The position numbers were made by a program, and so were the translations under genes. DNA of 64,000 nt. It comes from Acidimicrobiia bacterium. GTDB taxonomy: Bacteria > Actinomycetota > Acidimicrobiia > Spongiisociales > Spongiisociaceae. A model generated the notes under the pieces. It made no database searches. It was given only the letters and a program-made list of their open reading frames with translations, and was not told the origin of the DNA. The DNA is taken from the NCBI GenBank assembly GCA_041576165.1, contig JBFGLM010000002.1:32001-96000 (forward strand), read 5' to 3'. This document shows positions 49,478 through 60,331 of the stretch, one piece after another. The stretch's first letter is position 1. The number at the start of each line of letters is the position of its first letter.

Positions 49478-50650
49478 ATGGACTTTCGGCGCATCGGCAA
49501 CCTGCCCCCATACGTGTTTGCCCAGGTCAACCAGCTGAAGCATGCAGCGCGCCGCGCAGGCGAGGACATCGTCGATCTCGGGTTCGGAAATCCCGACATC
49601 CCCTCCCCGCCGGTCGCGGTGAGCAAACTGGCCGAAGCGGCTCACAACGGGCGGAACCATCGGTATTCGGCATCACGCGGCATTCCCAACCTGCGCCGGG
49701 CCGTGGCAGACCGATATCAGCGCCGCTTCGGGGTTGCGCTTGACCCGGAGACCCAGGTCATAACCACGATCGGAGCCAAGGAGGGCCTGGCGCACCTGAT
49801 GTGGGTGCTCGTGCAATCCGGCGACGTAGCCCTCGTGCCCGAGCCGAGCTACCCGATCCACATCTACGCCCCGGCCCTGGCGGGCGCAGAGATTCGCAAG
49901 GTCCCGGTCGGGGCGCACGCCGATTACTTCGATCATCTCGCCGAGGCCTTCGAGGACTCATGGCCGCGGCCCAGGGTGATACTCACTTCGTTCCCCCACA
50001 ATCCCACGACGGCCTGCGTGGAGGTCGACTTCTTCGAACGCCTCGTGGCGTTTGCGCGGGAGCACCAAGTGTTCCTCGTCCACGACTTTGCCTACGCCGA
50101 CATCGCCTTCGATGGTTATTCGCCCCCGAGCCTGCTCCAGGTACCCGGCGCGCTAGACGTGGGGGTAGAGCTCTACACCCTCACCAAAGGTCACTCCATG
50201 GCCGGTTGGCGGGTGGGCTTCGTGGTGGGCAACGCTCGCATGGTCGAGGCCCTGGCCAAGATGAAGTCGTATCTCGACTACGGCACCTTTCAGCCCATCC
50301 AGATCGCCTCGATCGTGGCGCTGAACGAGGGGGACGACTACGTCACCGAGGTGAATTCGATCTACAAGCGCCGGCGCGACGTCCTGGTCGACGGATTGAA
50401 CCGGGCCGGTTGGAAGGTCGACAAACCCAGGGGAACGATGTTCGTCTGGGCGGAAATCCCGGGGCCGTACGACGAGATGTCATCCATGGATTTCACGATT
50501 CACCTGCTCCGGGAGGCCAAGGTGGCCGTCAGCCCGGGCAACGGATTCGGGAACACAGGGGAGGGCTTCGTCCGCTTCGCGCTGGTGGAAAACGAGCACC
50601 GGATCAGCCAGGCGGTGCGAGGGATACGGGGAGCACTCGACAGACTGTGA
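49478..50650 (+). CDS. Class I/II PLP aminotransferase (AlaC-like)
   Basis: [46 protein letters not shown]. Confidence 0.92.
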   Translation: MDFRRIGNLPPYVFAQVNQLKHAARRAGEDIVDLGFGNPDIPSPPVAVSKLAEAAHNGRNHRYSASRGIPNLRRAVADRYQRRFGVALDPETQVITTIGAKEGLAHLMWVLVQSGDVALVPEPSYPIHIYAPALAGAEIRKVPVGAHADYFDHLAEAFEDSWPRPRVILTSFPHNPTTACVEVDFFERLVAFAREHQVFLVHDFAYADIAFDGYSPPSLLQVPGALDVGVELYTLTKGHSMAGWRVGFVVGNARMVEALAKMKSYLDYGTFQPIQIASIVALNEGDDYVTEVNSIYKRRRDVLVDGLNRAGWKVDKPRGTMFVWAEIPGPYDEMSSMDFTIHLLREAKVAVSPGNGFGNTGEGFVRFALVENEHRISQAVRGIRGALDRL

Positions 50651-50680
50651 GGCCGACGCCGGGCAGCCGGTGGTCGGTCT

Positions 50681-52807
50681 TCAGCGGCCGACCGGAACGT
50701 AGGCGTTGCGGGCGTAGTCCTGGATCATACGGTGGGTGGAGAACGCGCCGATGGTCGAAGCTGTGGCCTCTTTCATCATCGCCACCCATCGCCGGGGAAT
50801 CCCGCCGTCGTCCCGCTCGTAGTACAGCGGGACCACCGTCTCTTGCAGCAGTTTGTAGAGCTCGACGGCGTCTTCGTTGTCCTGGGCGCTGTAGTCAGGG
50901 TTCTCGAGGCTGGCGCCGAACGTCCACCCATTCTTCTCGGTGTACCCCTCGATCCACCATCCGTCGGACACCGAAACGTTCAGCGCGCCGTTCATGGCGG
51001 CCTTCATCCCCGAAGTTCCGCTCGCCTCTTGCGGCGGGCGCGGATTGTTGAGCCATACGTCTACTCCCTGGACTAGAAAGCGGGCCATTCGCAGGTCGTA
51101 GTCCTCGAGGACGTGGATGTGACCTGCCAGCTCCGGACGCTTCGACAATTCGACGATGTGGCGGATGAGGCCCTGGCCATGCCGGTCGGCCGGATGAGCC
51201 TTGCCGGCAAACACGACCTGCACCGAGCGCTCGGGATCGGTCAAGATCGACTGCAGCCAGGGGACGTTGTGGAACAGCAGCGTCGCGCGCTTGTAGGTGG
51301 CAAATCGCCGGCCGAACCCGATCGTCAGCCGCTCGGGTGGCAGCAATCGCTCGACCGAGCGCAACTCGTCGGGCGAGGCGCCGTGGCGAGCCAGCTGGGT
51401 GCGGACCCGACCGCGCACGAACCGGGCAAACATCTGTTTGCGCGCCTGGTGGAGCGCCCAGATCTCTGAATCGGGGATCTCGTTGATCAACGCTGCAGCG
51501 CTGGGGTCGTCGATCAGGCTGCGCTCCCAATCGGCTCCCAGGTTCTTCTCGAGCGTGCGCATCAGGTCGCGTCCGAGCCACGTGGTCGGATGGACCCCGT
51601 TGGTAACGGCCAGCGCCGGCCGATTGAGCAGATGCGCCCAGTCGCGGTTCACGACTTCGGCGTGTTTGCGGCTGACCCCGTTGACGACCGAGGCGTGCTT
51701 GATGGCAAGGGCGCCTAGGTCGAACTGGAGATCCCCCGGCCGTTCCGAGCTGCCCAGGCGGCTGAGATGGAACAGATCGGTCCCCACCTTCCCGGGCCAC
51801 CAGCTCAAATACTTCTCGACTAACGCGTTGTCGAACGTCTCGTTTCCCGCCGGCACCGGCGTGTGCAGGGTGAACACGGTCCGGCGGGTGACCAGCTGCG
51901 TCGCCTCCTCGAGGGTGGCCCCGGCGGCAACATGTCGGGAGAGTCGCTCCAGAATGCTCATCGCGGCGTGGCCCTCGTTCACGTGCCACACCGACGGTTC
52001 GATACCCAGAGCGCCCAGCGCTCGGACCGACCCGATGCCCAGGATCAGCTCCTGGCAGAACCGCATTTCCCGACCCCTGACATAGAGGGTGTGGGTGATG
52101 GGGCGGTCGGCGGGTTCGTTGCCGGGGATGTCCGTGTCGAGCAGCAGGATCGGCACCCGGCCCACCTCCATGCACCATACGGCCACACCGACGGTGCGGC
52201 CGGGGAATTCGATCTGGACCTTCAGCTGGCCGCCGCTGGCCGATGCCACGGGTCGCACCGGCAACCGGCTCATGTCCAAGACCGGGTAGTAGTGCTGCTG
52301 GGTCCCATCCACGTCGAGGTACTGGTGGAAGTATCCACGGCGGTACAGGAGGCCGGTCCCGACAAAGGGAAGTCCGAGATCCGAGGCGGATTTGGCGTGG
52401 TCGCCGGCCAGCACTCCGAGGCCCCCCGAGTACAGGGGCATGGACGAGTGCATCCCGTATTCGGCGCAGAGGTATGCGATCGGGTTGTTGACGACGTCGG
52501 GGTACGCGCAATCAAACCAGCCGGTGCTCGACTCCATGTATGCGTCGAACCGGCGGACCGCTTCCATATAGAGGTCGTGAAACAGTTCGCTCTCTGCGAG
52601 CGATTCCCAGGTGGCCGGCTCCATCGCCGACAGCATCTCGATCGGGTTCCGGTAGCGCTCCCAGAGAACGGGGTCGAGTTGACGCCACATCTGGACCGCG
52701 TGGGTGTCCCATGACCACGCGAGGTTGTAGGCGAGGTCGTACAAACGGCTGTACTCGGCCGGTATATGGAATTCGTCGCCGTGTAGCAGCGGGATTCGAA
52801 CGCGCAT
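50681..52807 (-). CDS. glgP: Alpha-glucan (glycogen/maltodextrin) phosphorylase
   Basis: YSGGLGVLAGDH, NEGH, TNGVH, RRFATYKR, AGKAHP, EASGTSGMKA. Confidence 0.96.
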   Translation of the reverse strand: MRVRIPLLHGDEFHIPAEYSRLYDLAYNLAWSWDTHAVQMWRQLDPVLWERYRNPIEMLSAMEPATWESLAESELFHDLYMEAVRRFDAYMESSTGWFDCAYPDVVNNPIAYLCAEYGMHSSMPLYSGGLGVLAGDHAKSASDLGLPFVGTGLLYRRGYFHQYLDVDGTQQHYYPVLDMSRLPVRPVASASGGQLKVQIEFPGRTVGVAVWCMEVGRVPILLLDTDIPGNEPADRPITHTLYVRGREMRFCQELILGIGSVRALGALGIEPSVWHVNEGHAAMSILERLSRHVAAGATLEEATQLVTRRTVFTLHTPVPAGNETFDNALVEKYLSWWPGKVGTDLFHLSRLGSSERPGDLQFDLGALAIKHASVVNGVSRKHAEVVNRDWAHLLNRPALAVTNGVHPTTWLGRDLMRTLEKNLGADWERSLIDDPSAAALINEIPDSEIWALHQARKQMFARFVRGRVRTQLARHGASPDELRSVERLLPPERLTIGFGRRFATYKRATLLFHNVPWLQSILTDPERSVQVVFAGKAHPADRHGQGLIRHIVELSKRPELAGHIHVLEDYDLRMARFLVQGVDVWLNNPRPPQEASGTSGMKAAMNGALNVSVSDGWWIEGYTEKNGWTFGASLENPDYSAQDNEDAVELYKLLQETVVPLYYERDDGGIPRRWVAMMKEATASTIGAFSTHRMIQDYARNAYVPVGR

Positions 52808-52988
52808 CGATGGAGGCTCCTGGGTGCGGTAACCCGTGACACTACCGGCATTCGGGTGCTGGGCGAATCACCGCGGCGGCGGCCTCGCGCCGATCGCCTC
52901 GGCGGAGGCGTGTTCGAGTTCACCCGGCAGGATCGAAGCTCTAACCTGACGCCGCCAAGCAATCCCTGGACCCGCCCCGGAGGGCCGC

Positions 52989-54050
52989 ATGCCATTTCCC
53001 GACGGCACTGCAGATTTCAGATCGGATACCGTGACCCGGCCGACGCCGGCGATGATCGAGGCGATGGCTCGCGCCGATGTGGGCGACGACGTGTACGGGG
53101 AAGATCCCACCGTCAACCGGCTCCAGGAGGAGTCGGCGGAGGTGCTGGGGAAGGAAGCTGCACTCTTCACGCCGACCGGTTCGATGGGCAACCAGCTGGC
53201 GATCAGCCTCCAAACGTCGCCCGGCGACGAGGTGCTCTGTGTCGATCGAGCCCATGTCCGCAATTATGAGATGGGTGCAGGTGCCGCCATGTCGGGTGTG
53301 CAATTCCGCCCGGTGCCGACACCGGACGGCCGGATCACCCCGACCGACGTCGACGCGGCGCTCGAATCGGCGAGCTACCGGCTCCCGCGGATCAGCCTCA
53401 TGGCCTGGGAGAACACCCACATGGTCTCGGGCGGGACAGTCGTCCCGCTCGATTTGATGCGTGAGACGAGTGCGCGAGTACACGATGCCGGTGTGGCTGT
53501 ACACCTGGACGGGGCTCGCGTATTCAACGCCGCCGCAGCCAGCGGCACGGACCCTGTCGACTACGGCGCGCTGGTCGACACCGTGCAGTTCTGCTTCTCG
53601 AAGGGCCTCGGTGCGCCCATAGGATCCATCCTGTGTGGTCCTGCCGATTTGATCTCCGAGGCGAGGACCATGCGGAAGCGCTTCGGGGGCGGGATGCGGC
53701 AAGTTGGGGTGATCGCGGCGGCCGCCCGGGTGGCACTAGCCCGACGCGACGAGCTGGCGGACGACCACACGACGGCCCGGCACCTCGCGGAGGGGATCGA
53801 GTCCCGCTTTCCCGGCTCCATCAAACTCGACGAGGTCCAGACCAACATCGTCATCGCCGACTCTTCACACCTGCCGGTGACCGGGACCCAGTTGATGACA
53901 GCGCTGGCCGACCAGGGCGTGCTGGTCGGTGCGGTCGGTTCAGCCACGCTTCGCTTCGTGACACACCACCAGGTGGACGCCGACGACGTGGATCGTGTAC
54001 TGCGGGTCCTGGACGAGCTGTCGGCGGATGCTCGATCCGTGTCCGCCTGA
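52989..54050 (+). CDS. ltaE: Low-specificity L-threonine aldolase
   Basis: [43 protein letters not shown]. Confidence 0.93.
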   Translation: MPFPDGTADFRSDTVTRPTPAMIEAMARADVGDDVYGEDPTVNRLQEESAEVLGKEAALFTPTGSMGNQLAISLQTSPGDEVLCVDRAHVRNYEMGAGAAMSGVQFRPVPTPDGRITPTDVDAALESASYRLPRISLMAWENTHMVSGGTVVPLDLMRETSARVHDAGVAVHLDGARVFNAAAASGTDPVDYGALVDTVQFCFSKGLGAPIGSILCGPADLISEARTMRKRFGGGMRQVGVIAAAARVALARRDELADDHTTARHLAEGIESRFPGSIKLDEVQTNIVIADSSHLPVTGTQLMTALADQGVLVGAVGSATLRFVTHHQVDADDVDRVLRVLDELSADARSVSA

Positions 54051-54088
54051 CGGTAACGGTCGGTGGTGACGCGAGGTCTCACGTAGCG

Positions 54089-55027
54089 ATGCCGTTTGCG
54101 ATTCTGTTCCCGGGGCAAGGCACTCAAGAGGTCGGGATGGGCGCCGAGCTGTTCGACGCCCGCCCCGATGTCCTGATCGAAACCGCTGATGAGGTGTTGG
54201 GCTGGTCTCTGCGAAGCACCTGCCTGGAGGGACCGCTGGGACTCCTCACCGCCACAGACCGGGCCCAGCCGGCCATCTACGCGCTCTCCTACGTTCTGTG
54301 GGAAGAGCTGGCGAGCCGCCTGGCAGCAGCGCCAACCGCGGCAGCGGGTCATAGCTTGGGCGAGTACACGGCGTTGGCCGCAGCCGGAAGTTTTGGGTTT
54401 GAGGATGGGTTGCGGCTGGTCAGCGCGCGGGGTCGGGCGATGGCCGCCGCGGCCGCCCAGGAGCGTTCCGGTATGGCCGCTTTGATCGGCGTGGACGTCG
54501 ATGGTGCCGAGACAGTCTGCCGGGCCCGGCGGGACGACGGAGGCAAGTTGTGGGTGGCCAACATCAATGCTCCCGGACAGGTGGTCGTGGCCGGGGGTGC
54601 CGAGGATCTGGAATGGCTGGCCGACCATGCCCGGGAGTTCGGCGTGCGGCGGGCCATTCCGTTGAATGTGGCAGGAGCGTTCCATTCACCGTTCATGCAA
54701 CCGGCCGTAGCCGCATTGGATTCGGTGTTGCGTGACCTGGAATTCGGCGCTCCGGCCTTCGACGTGTGGGCGAACGCGACCGCTGCTCCCTTGACGGGCG
54801 GGGAGATTGCCGCCCGGCTGACCGAGCAGGTGGTGTCGCCCGTTCGGTTCGCGGACGGGCTGGTGGGTATGGCTGCGACGGGTATTGACTGTTTCGTGCA
54901 CGTCGGACCCGGGGACGTCACCGCCGGCATGGCGAAGCGAACGGTGGGAGGGGCCACGGTCCTCACCGCCAACTCACTGGGGGCTCTGGACGAGGTCGCA
55001 GGCCTCGCCGTGGCCTCCGTACAATGA
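54089..55027 (+). CDS. fabD: Malonyl-CoA:ACP transacylase
   Basis: FPGQG, AQPA, GHSLGE, AGAFHS. Confidence 0.95.
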   Translation: MPFAILFPGQGTQEVGMGAELFDARPDVLIETADEVLGWSLRSTCLEGPLGLLTATDRAQPAIYALSYVLWEELASRLAAAPTAAAGHSLGEYTALAAAGSFGFEDGLRLVSARGRAMAAAAAQERSGMAALIGVDVDGAETVCRARRDDGGKLWVANINAPGQVVVAGGAEDLEWLADHAREFGVRRAIPLNVAGAFHSPFMQPAVAALDSVLRDLEFGAPAFDVWANATAAPLTGGEIAARLTEQVVSPVRFADGLVGMAATGIDCFVHVGPGDVTAGMAKRTVGGATVLTANSLGALDEVAGLAVASVQ

Positions 55028-55055
55028 CCCGTCTCACCAGCAGCAGGAGGTTGTG

Positions 55056-56156
55056 ATGCGGCAGGCGGAGATCGTCGGTTGGGGCAAAGCCCTCCCGCCG
55101 AGCGTATTGACGAATCACGATCTCGAGAAGATCGTCGAAACCAGTGACGAGTGGATCACCACCCGGACCGGTATCAAGGAGCGCCGCATCTCCCATGTCG
55201 AGGCGAGCGATCTGGCAACGGTGGCGGCTCGGCGAGCCCTGGCCGCAGCCGATATGGACGCCGCCGACATCGGGCTCGTCATCAACGCCACGTGCACTCC
55301 TCGCTCCCTGGTGCCGGCGAGCGCTGCGTACGTCCAGCGCGATATCGGGGCCGTCAACGCCGGGGCCATGGACATGAATGCGGCGTGCAGCGGATGGATC
55401 TACGCATTCGTCGCCGCCTCCAGCATGGTCCAGTCCGGAGCCATCGACTCGGCCTTGGTGATCGGGGTCGAGAAGCTCAGCTACATCATGGATTTCACCG
55501 ACCGTACGACCTGTGTGCTGTTCGGCGACGGAGCCGGGGCAGTCGTGCTGCGGGCGTCGGACGACCCGGTGGGTTTGCTGGCCTCCGAGTTGGGAAACGA
55601 CGGTGAGGCAATCCAGCTCCTCGAGGTGCCGGTCGACGGAGCGGAAGGCTCGCCGGGACCACGCGACCCGCGAACCAGCTCGATCTCGATGCAGGGGCCC
55701 GAAGTGTTCCGACGGGCCGTCACGATGATGGGGGAGGCGTCGGAAGCGGTCGTGGAGCGCGCCGGATGGGGCGTCGGCGACGTCGATTTGTTGGTCCCGC
55801 ATCAAGCGAACCAGCGGATAATCGACGCCACCGCCCGCCGGCTCAAACTCGACGCTTCCAAGGTGTTCCTCAACATCCACGCCTACGGCAACACCTCGTC
55901 TGCCACGATCCCCATCGCGTTGACCGAAGCGCTCGAGCAGGGTCAGGTGCCACCGGCGGCGAACCTCGTGTTCGCCGCCTTCGGGGGAGGTCTCAGCTGG
56001 GCGGCTGCGGCCGTCAAGTGGGGCTCCCGCATCGAGCCGCTGCGAGAGAGCGACGCCACAGTGTCCCCTACCGACACGACGGTGATGGAACTGCTGCAAC
56101 CTTCTTTCGATTTCTTCGGGCCTGCCTCGCTGGCATCGGAGGGCCAGGGTTCGTGA
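55056..56156 (+). CDS. fabH: 3-oxoacyl-ACP synthase III
   Basis: WITTRTGIKER, NAACSG, PHQAN, YGNTSSA; AGGAGG RBS. Confidence 0.96.
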   Translation: MRQAEIVGWGKALPPSVLTNHDLEKIVETSDEWITTRTGIKERRISHVEASDLATVAARRALAAADMDAADIGLVINATCTPRSLVPASAAYVQRDIGAVNAGAMDMNAACSGWIYAFVAASSMVQSGAIDSALVIGVEKLSYIMDFTDRTTCVLFGDGAGAVVLRASDDPVGLLASELGNDGEAIQLLEVPVDGAEGSPGPRDPRTSSISMQGPEVFRRAVTMMGEASEAVVERAGWGVGDVDLLVPHQANQRIIDATARRLKLDASKVFLNIHAYGNTSSATIPIALTEALEQGQVPPAANLVFAAFGGGLSWAAAAVKWGSRIEPLRESDATVSPTDTTVMELLQPSFDFFGPASLASEGQGS

Positions 56157-56887
56157 GCCATGTCGCCCTCGTCACCGGCGGATCTCGCGGCATCGGGCGG
56201 GCGATCGCCCTCGAACTGGCCTCACAGGGGGCGTCGATTGCGGTCAACTATGCGCAACGGTCGGATGCAGCTGAGGAAGTGGTGAAGACCATCAACTCGA
56301 ATGGGGGAACGGCGGTCGCCGTCGGCGGCGACATGAGCCAGCCGGACACGGCCTCGGCAATGGTCAGCGAGGTCGCTGACGAGTTGGGCCCGGTCGACAT
56401 TCTGGTCAACAACGCAGGGATCACCCGCGACGACCTGCTGCTGCGGTTGGACATCGACCAGTGGGATGAGGTCATCAACGTGAATCTGCGGTCGGCCTTC
56501 CTGGCGTCCAAGGCCGCGCTGCGGGGGATGCTCAGGGCAAAATGGGGCCGGATCATTTCGATCAGCTCGGTGGCGGGCCTGGCCGGCAACCCGGGTCAGA
56601 CCAACTACGCCGCTTCCAAGGCTGGCTTGATCGGGTTTTCGAAGTCGCTGGCCAAGGAAGTTGGATCGCGGGGCATCACCGTCAATGTCGTGGCGCCGGG
56701 CTTCATAGAAACAGAAATGACTGAGGCGCTTGGCGAAGCTGCGGCCGGAGCGGCAGCGGCTGCGACGAGTCTCGGGCGCCTGGGCACGCCGGCTGAGGTC
56801 GCCTCGGCCGTCGGCTATCTTGCCTCCGAACAAGCGTCCTACATCACCGGCCAGGTGCTCGTAGTAGACGGAGGACTGGCCCTGTGA
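56153..56887 (+). CDS. fabG: 3-oxoacyl-ACP reductase
   Basis: TGGSRGIG, NNAGITRD, GQTNYAASKAG, APGFI. Confidence 0.96.
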   Translation: MSHVALVTGGSRGIGRAIALELASQGASIAVNYAQRSDAAEEVVKTINSNGGTAVAVGGDMSQPDTASAMVSEVADELGPVDILVNNAGITRDDLLLRLDIDQWDEVINVNLRSAFLASKAALRGMLRAKWGRIISISSVAGLAGNPGQTNYAASKAGLIGFSKSLAKEVGSRGITVNVVAPGFIETEMTEALGEAAAGAAAAATSLGRLGTPAEVASAVGYLASEQASYITGQVLVVDGGLAL

Positions 56888-56918
56888 GAGGGTCGGATCG
56901 AGAAGGGATGGGCAAACC

Positions 56919-57164
56919 ATGGATCGTGCGGAAATCGAATCGAAGCTGAAGGATCTGCTGGTGAGCGAGCTCGGCCTCGAAGCCGACAAGATCACCGGCG
57001 ACGCCAGCTTCGAAGAGGACCTCGAAGTCGATTCGCTCGGCGTGGTCGAGCTGCTCATGGCCATGGAAGACGAATTCGGTGTGAAGATCCCGGACGAAGA
57101 AGCTGAGGAGATCGGCACCGTGGGCCAGGCCGTCGACCTGGTGCAAGCCAAGCTGGCCGGCTGA
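56919..57164 (+). CDS. acpP: Acyl carrier protein
   Basis: DLEVDSLGVVEL (phosphopantetheine Ser), EDEFG. Confidence 0.96.
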   Translation: MDRAEIESKLKDLLVSELGLEADKITGDASFEEDLEVDSLGVVELLMAMEDEFGVKIPDEEAEEIGTVGQAVDLVQAKLAG

Positions 57165-57181
57165 ACAAGAGGAGCTCTGAC

Positions 57182-58432
57182 ATGAGCGGCAGCCGACGAC
57201 GGGTCGTGGTCACCGGCATGGGTGCGGTGACACCCATCGGCCATTCGGTCGACTCGTTTTGGAAGTCGGCGACAGCCGGAGTTTCGGGCGTTGGTCCGAT
57301 CACGCTGTTCGACCCGGCCCGGATCGAGACCAAGATCGCAGCCGAAGTGAAGGGTTTCGACCCAGAGGTCTACATGCCACGGCGCGAGTCGCGGCGGCTC
57401 GACCGGTTTGCCCAACTGTTCATCGCCGCCGCGCAGCAGGCCATGGACGATTCCGGACTGGATTTCACCGATGATGACGAAGCGGGCGCCCGCGCCGGCA
57501 TTGTGCTGGGTGCAGGCATCGGCGGGATGTTGTCCTTCGTCGACCAGCACAACGTACTCAGAGAACGCGGACCCGACAGAGTCAGCCCCTTGGCCATCAC
57601 CATGATCATCCCCAACGAGGGGGCTGGGGTGGCTTCGATCAGATTCAACATGTTGGGCCCGGTGTCGTGTGTCGTGACTGCGTGTGCGGCCTCCGCCAAC
57701 GCTATTGGGGACGCCGCGGAAATGATCAGGCGGGGCACAGCGGATGTCATGCTGGCAGGCGGAGCGGAGGCGACGATCTGCGAATTCGGGGTCGGTTCGT
57801 TCAATCAGAGCAAGGCACTCAGCACCCGCAACGACGACCCCACGGGCGCCTCCCGCCCCTTCGACCGGGACCGCGATGGGTTTGTCATGGGCGAGGGCGC
57901 AGCGGCGCTGGTGCTGGAAGAACGTGAGCAGGCCATGCAACGAAACGCCACGATCCACGCCGAACTGCTGGGCTACGGCATGAGTTCGGACGCCTACCAC
58001 GTCACGCTGCCTCGCCCCGGCGGGGAAGGCGCAGCGCGAGCCATGACCAATGCGCTGGACGATGCTCAACTCAATCCCGCCGACGTTGACTACATAAACG
58101 CGCACGGCACCTCGACGCCGGCCAACGATTCGACCGAGACCGCCGCCATCAAACAGGCCATGGGCGATACCTCCCACACGACCCCGGTGTCGTCGACCAA
58201 ATCGATGACCGGGCACCTGCTCGGCGGCGCCGGAGCGGCGGAGTCGATCATGTGTATCCAGGCCATCAAGGAGGGGGTGCTGCCCCCGACGATCAATCTC
58301 GAGACGCCCGATCCCGAATGCGACCTCGACTACGTGCCGAACGAGGCTCGTGAGGCCCGGGTTGTGAATGCCATGACGAATTCGTTCGGCTTCGGGGGCC
58401 ACAACGTTGCGCTGATCTACGGAGCCGCCTAG
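57182..58432 (+). CDS. fabF: 3-oxoacyl-ACP synthase II
   Basis: VVVTGMG, TACAAS, NAHGTST, KSMTGHLLG, NSFGFGGHN. Confidence 0.97.
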   Translation: MSGSRRRVVVTGMGAVTPIGHSVDSFWKSATAGVSGVGPITLFDPARIETKIAAEVKGFDPEVYMPRRESRRLDRFAQLFIAAAQQAMDDSGLDFTDDDEAGARAGIVLGAGIGGMLSFVDQHNVLRERGPDRVSPLAITMIIPNEGAGVASIRFNMLGPVSCVVTACAASANAIGDAAEMIRRGTADVMLAGGAEATICEFGVGSFNQSKALSTRNDDPTGASRPFDRDRDGFVMGEGAAALVLEEREQAMQRNATIHAELLGYGMSSDAYHVTLPRPGGEGAARAMTNALDDAQLNPADVDYINAHGTSTPANDSTETAAIKQAMGDTSHTTPVSSTKSMTGHLLGGAGAAESIMCIQAIKEGVLPPTINLETPDPECDLDYVPNEAREARVVNAMTNSFGFGGHNVALIYGAA

Positions 58433-58488
58433 GGGCGTCACGTCCGCGTACGGGGTTCGGCGGCGGGGTGCGAAACGCCCACCAGCCT

Positions 58489-58761
58489 CTACGCATCATC
58501 ACCTGATGGCTCATCCGATGCCGGTGGGGGCGGGCCGGCCCCGCTGGTTTCTCGCCATTCGGCGAAGGAGCGTACGGCCAGGATGACGACGACAGCCACT
58601 CCGCCGCCGCACACCAGCGCGCCGACGATCGTTACCGCGATCGCGGTGCCGTAACATGTGTCGGGCTGACAGCTGATGGATGTCACGATCCACCCGATCA
58701 GCCCGCCCACCACCAAAGCCGCCAGCACCGGCCACAGAACCCACGGGTTTATGCGGCTCAC
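58489..58761 (-). CDS. Small two-TM membrane protein
   Basis: Two TM helices flanking CQPDTC. Confidence 0.65.
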   Translation of the reverse strand: MSRINPWVLWPVLAALVVGGLIGWIVTSISCQPDTCYGTAIAVTIVGALVCGGGVAVVVILAVRSFAEWRETSGAGPPPPASDEPSGDDA

Positions 58762-58764
58762 GCC

Positions 58765-59553
58765 TCAGTCCTTCTTCTTGGGCCGGCCTTTCGGGTCAAA
58801 CCCGGCCGCCCCGAGTACGTCGGGCGGAACCATCTCCGGCAGGATTGGCACGGGTGAAACCCGCTGGGGCGCGAGCGGGTTGGCGGCGGCCAGTGCTGGT
58901 TTGCTCCATGCCAGCACTGTCACGACTGCGGCGAATACGCCTAGGCCGGCGGCGGCCCACAATTCCAGCCCGATGACGGCCCAAGCTGCCAGCACCGGCC
59001 AGCCCAGCCGTATCGCCCACAGCGCGCGGACGAGCGCCCGCATGTACGCCCAGCCCAGAATCACCCCGGCCGCGGCCAGCACCCACCCTCCGGTGGTCAC
59101 GCCCGCATAGCCGAGAGCGCCCACCACCGCCGGGGAACCGGCCAGCGTTAGTGCCAGCGTGGTGGCAGATGCCGGCACCCGGTCGGGGCGGCTGACAGCC
59201 GCCATGGCCTCCAGCGCCCGACGGCGCCACAGCATCGCAGTGGCGAGCGTCGCGGCGGCTACAGCGATCCACCATCCAGGGGTGATATCCAGCGCGACGG
59301 CGACGCTCAATTCGAACGCGAGCAGGACCGTCACACTGATCGCTACCCATCGGCCCGGCGACAGCAGCGCGGCCACCGCAAGCACGGCGTTGAGTAGAAC
59401 AACGCCGGACGCGAGCAGCGCCGCCGCCGCTTCCGGCCACGGCGTCGGAGCGAAGGTGAGTCGAGCCACCCAGGCAATCGCCGCGATCACCAACACGGCG
59501 GCAGCCCGCACCAGGGCGGTGCTGGCGTGACGTTCGGGGGTCGGGGCGGTCAT
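58765..59553 (-). CDS. Multi-pass membrane protein
   Basis: About eight hydrophobic segments; C-terminal PILPEMVPPDVLGAAGFDPKGR. Confidence 0.75.
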   Translation of the reverse strand: MTAPTPERHASTALVRAAAVLVIAAIAWVARLTFAPTPWPEAAAALLASGVVLLNAVLAVAALLSPGRWVAISVTVLLAFELSVAVALDITPGWWIAVAAATLATAMLWRRRALEAMAAVSRPDRVPASATTLALTLAGSPAVVGALGYAGVTTGGWVLAAAGVILGWAYMRALVRALWAIRLGWPVLAAWAVIGLELWAAAGLGVFAAVVTVLAWSKPALAAANPLAPQRVSPVPILPEMVPPDVLGAAGFDPKGRPKKKD

Positions 59554-59623
59554 GTCACAACAGACTAGAACGGGAACAGGGCGCCTCCATCCGGGACGTC
59601 ACTCCCGGCGATAGCATCCCCAC

Positions 59624-60154
59624 ATGTCGACCACACGCGGCTCTTGGCCCGGCGACCCGATCTATTGCTCTCAATGCGGGACTCGGTTGGAAGATCAACC
59701 CATGCACAACGGAGACCTGCGCCCGACATGTCCCCGCTGCGGATACATCGCGTTTCGGAGCCCGTCCGTGGGTGTTGCGGTGCTGGTGCGTGATGCATCG
59801 GGTCGGGTGTTGATGGTGAAGCGGGCCGAGGGTGCCACCCGGCCCGGCCTGTGGTCGATCCCGGCGGGTTACATGGACTACGGCGAAGAGGTCAGAGAGG
59901 CCGCCGCCCGAGAGCTGGAGGAAGAAACCGGGCTCGAGGCCGACGTCGGGGAGGTCGTGTTCGTAGCGTCGAATTTCCACGATCCGGCAAAGCTCACCGT
60001 GGGCATTTGGTTCGAGGGGAACGTGGTTGGAGGCAATCTGGAGGCCGGAGACGATGCGGCAGAGGTGGGATGGTTTTCCCTCGACGAGCTGCCGCCGCTC
60101 GCGTTCGAAACGGATGAGGCGCTGTTCGAACAACTGCGCTCCGGGGTCTGGTGA
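59624..60154 (+). CDS. NUDIX hydrolase with N-terminal zinc ribbon
   Basis: YCSQCG...CPRCG; Nudix box GYMDYGEEVREAAARELEEETG. Confidence 0.93.
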   Translation: MSTTRGSWPGDPIYCSQCGTRLEDQPMHNGDLRPTCPRCGYIAFRSPSVGVAVLVRDASGRVLMVKRAEGATRPGLWSIPAGYMDYGEEVREAAARELEEETGLEADVGEVVFVASNFHDPAKLTVGIWFEGNVVGGNLEAGDDAAEVGWFSLDELPPLAFETDEALFEQLRSGVW

Positions 60155-60241
60155 GGTCAAGCCCGTTAGGTCGCGATCGTCCGCCGAGACGGCGTTGGTT
60201 CACATAGACTCGACTCGGCTTCATCACCGGAGGAGAGGGCC

Positions 60242-60331
60242 GTGAGACCAGGGCACGCCAGCAGATGCACGTCCCGGCGCACCGCCTGGAGCCGGCTGGA
60301 CTCCGGCCATATACCGGACGTGGTGCGATGA
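60242..60331 (+). CDS. 29-aa upstream ORF coupled to the CHAT gene
   Basis: GGAGGAGAGG (60229-60238) precedes GTG 60242; product MRPGHASRCTSRRTAWSRLDSGHIPDVVR; TGA overlaps ATG 60328 (ATGA). Confidence 0.45.
   Translation: MRPGHASRCTSRRTAWSRLDSGHIPDVVR

Noticed and set aside
54089-58432. Type II polyketide synthase cluster
   Set aside because: No chain-length factor, cyclase or tailoring genes; canonical FAS-II order with intact FabH and FabF triads.
56222-58441. 739-aa minus-strand ORF, and similar long antisense ORFs (23482-25386, 38597-39991)
   Set aside because: Antisense to well-supported genes; expected from high-GC codon bias; no motifs.
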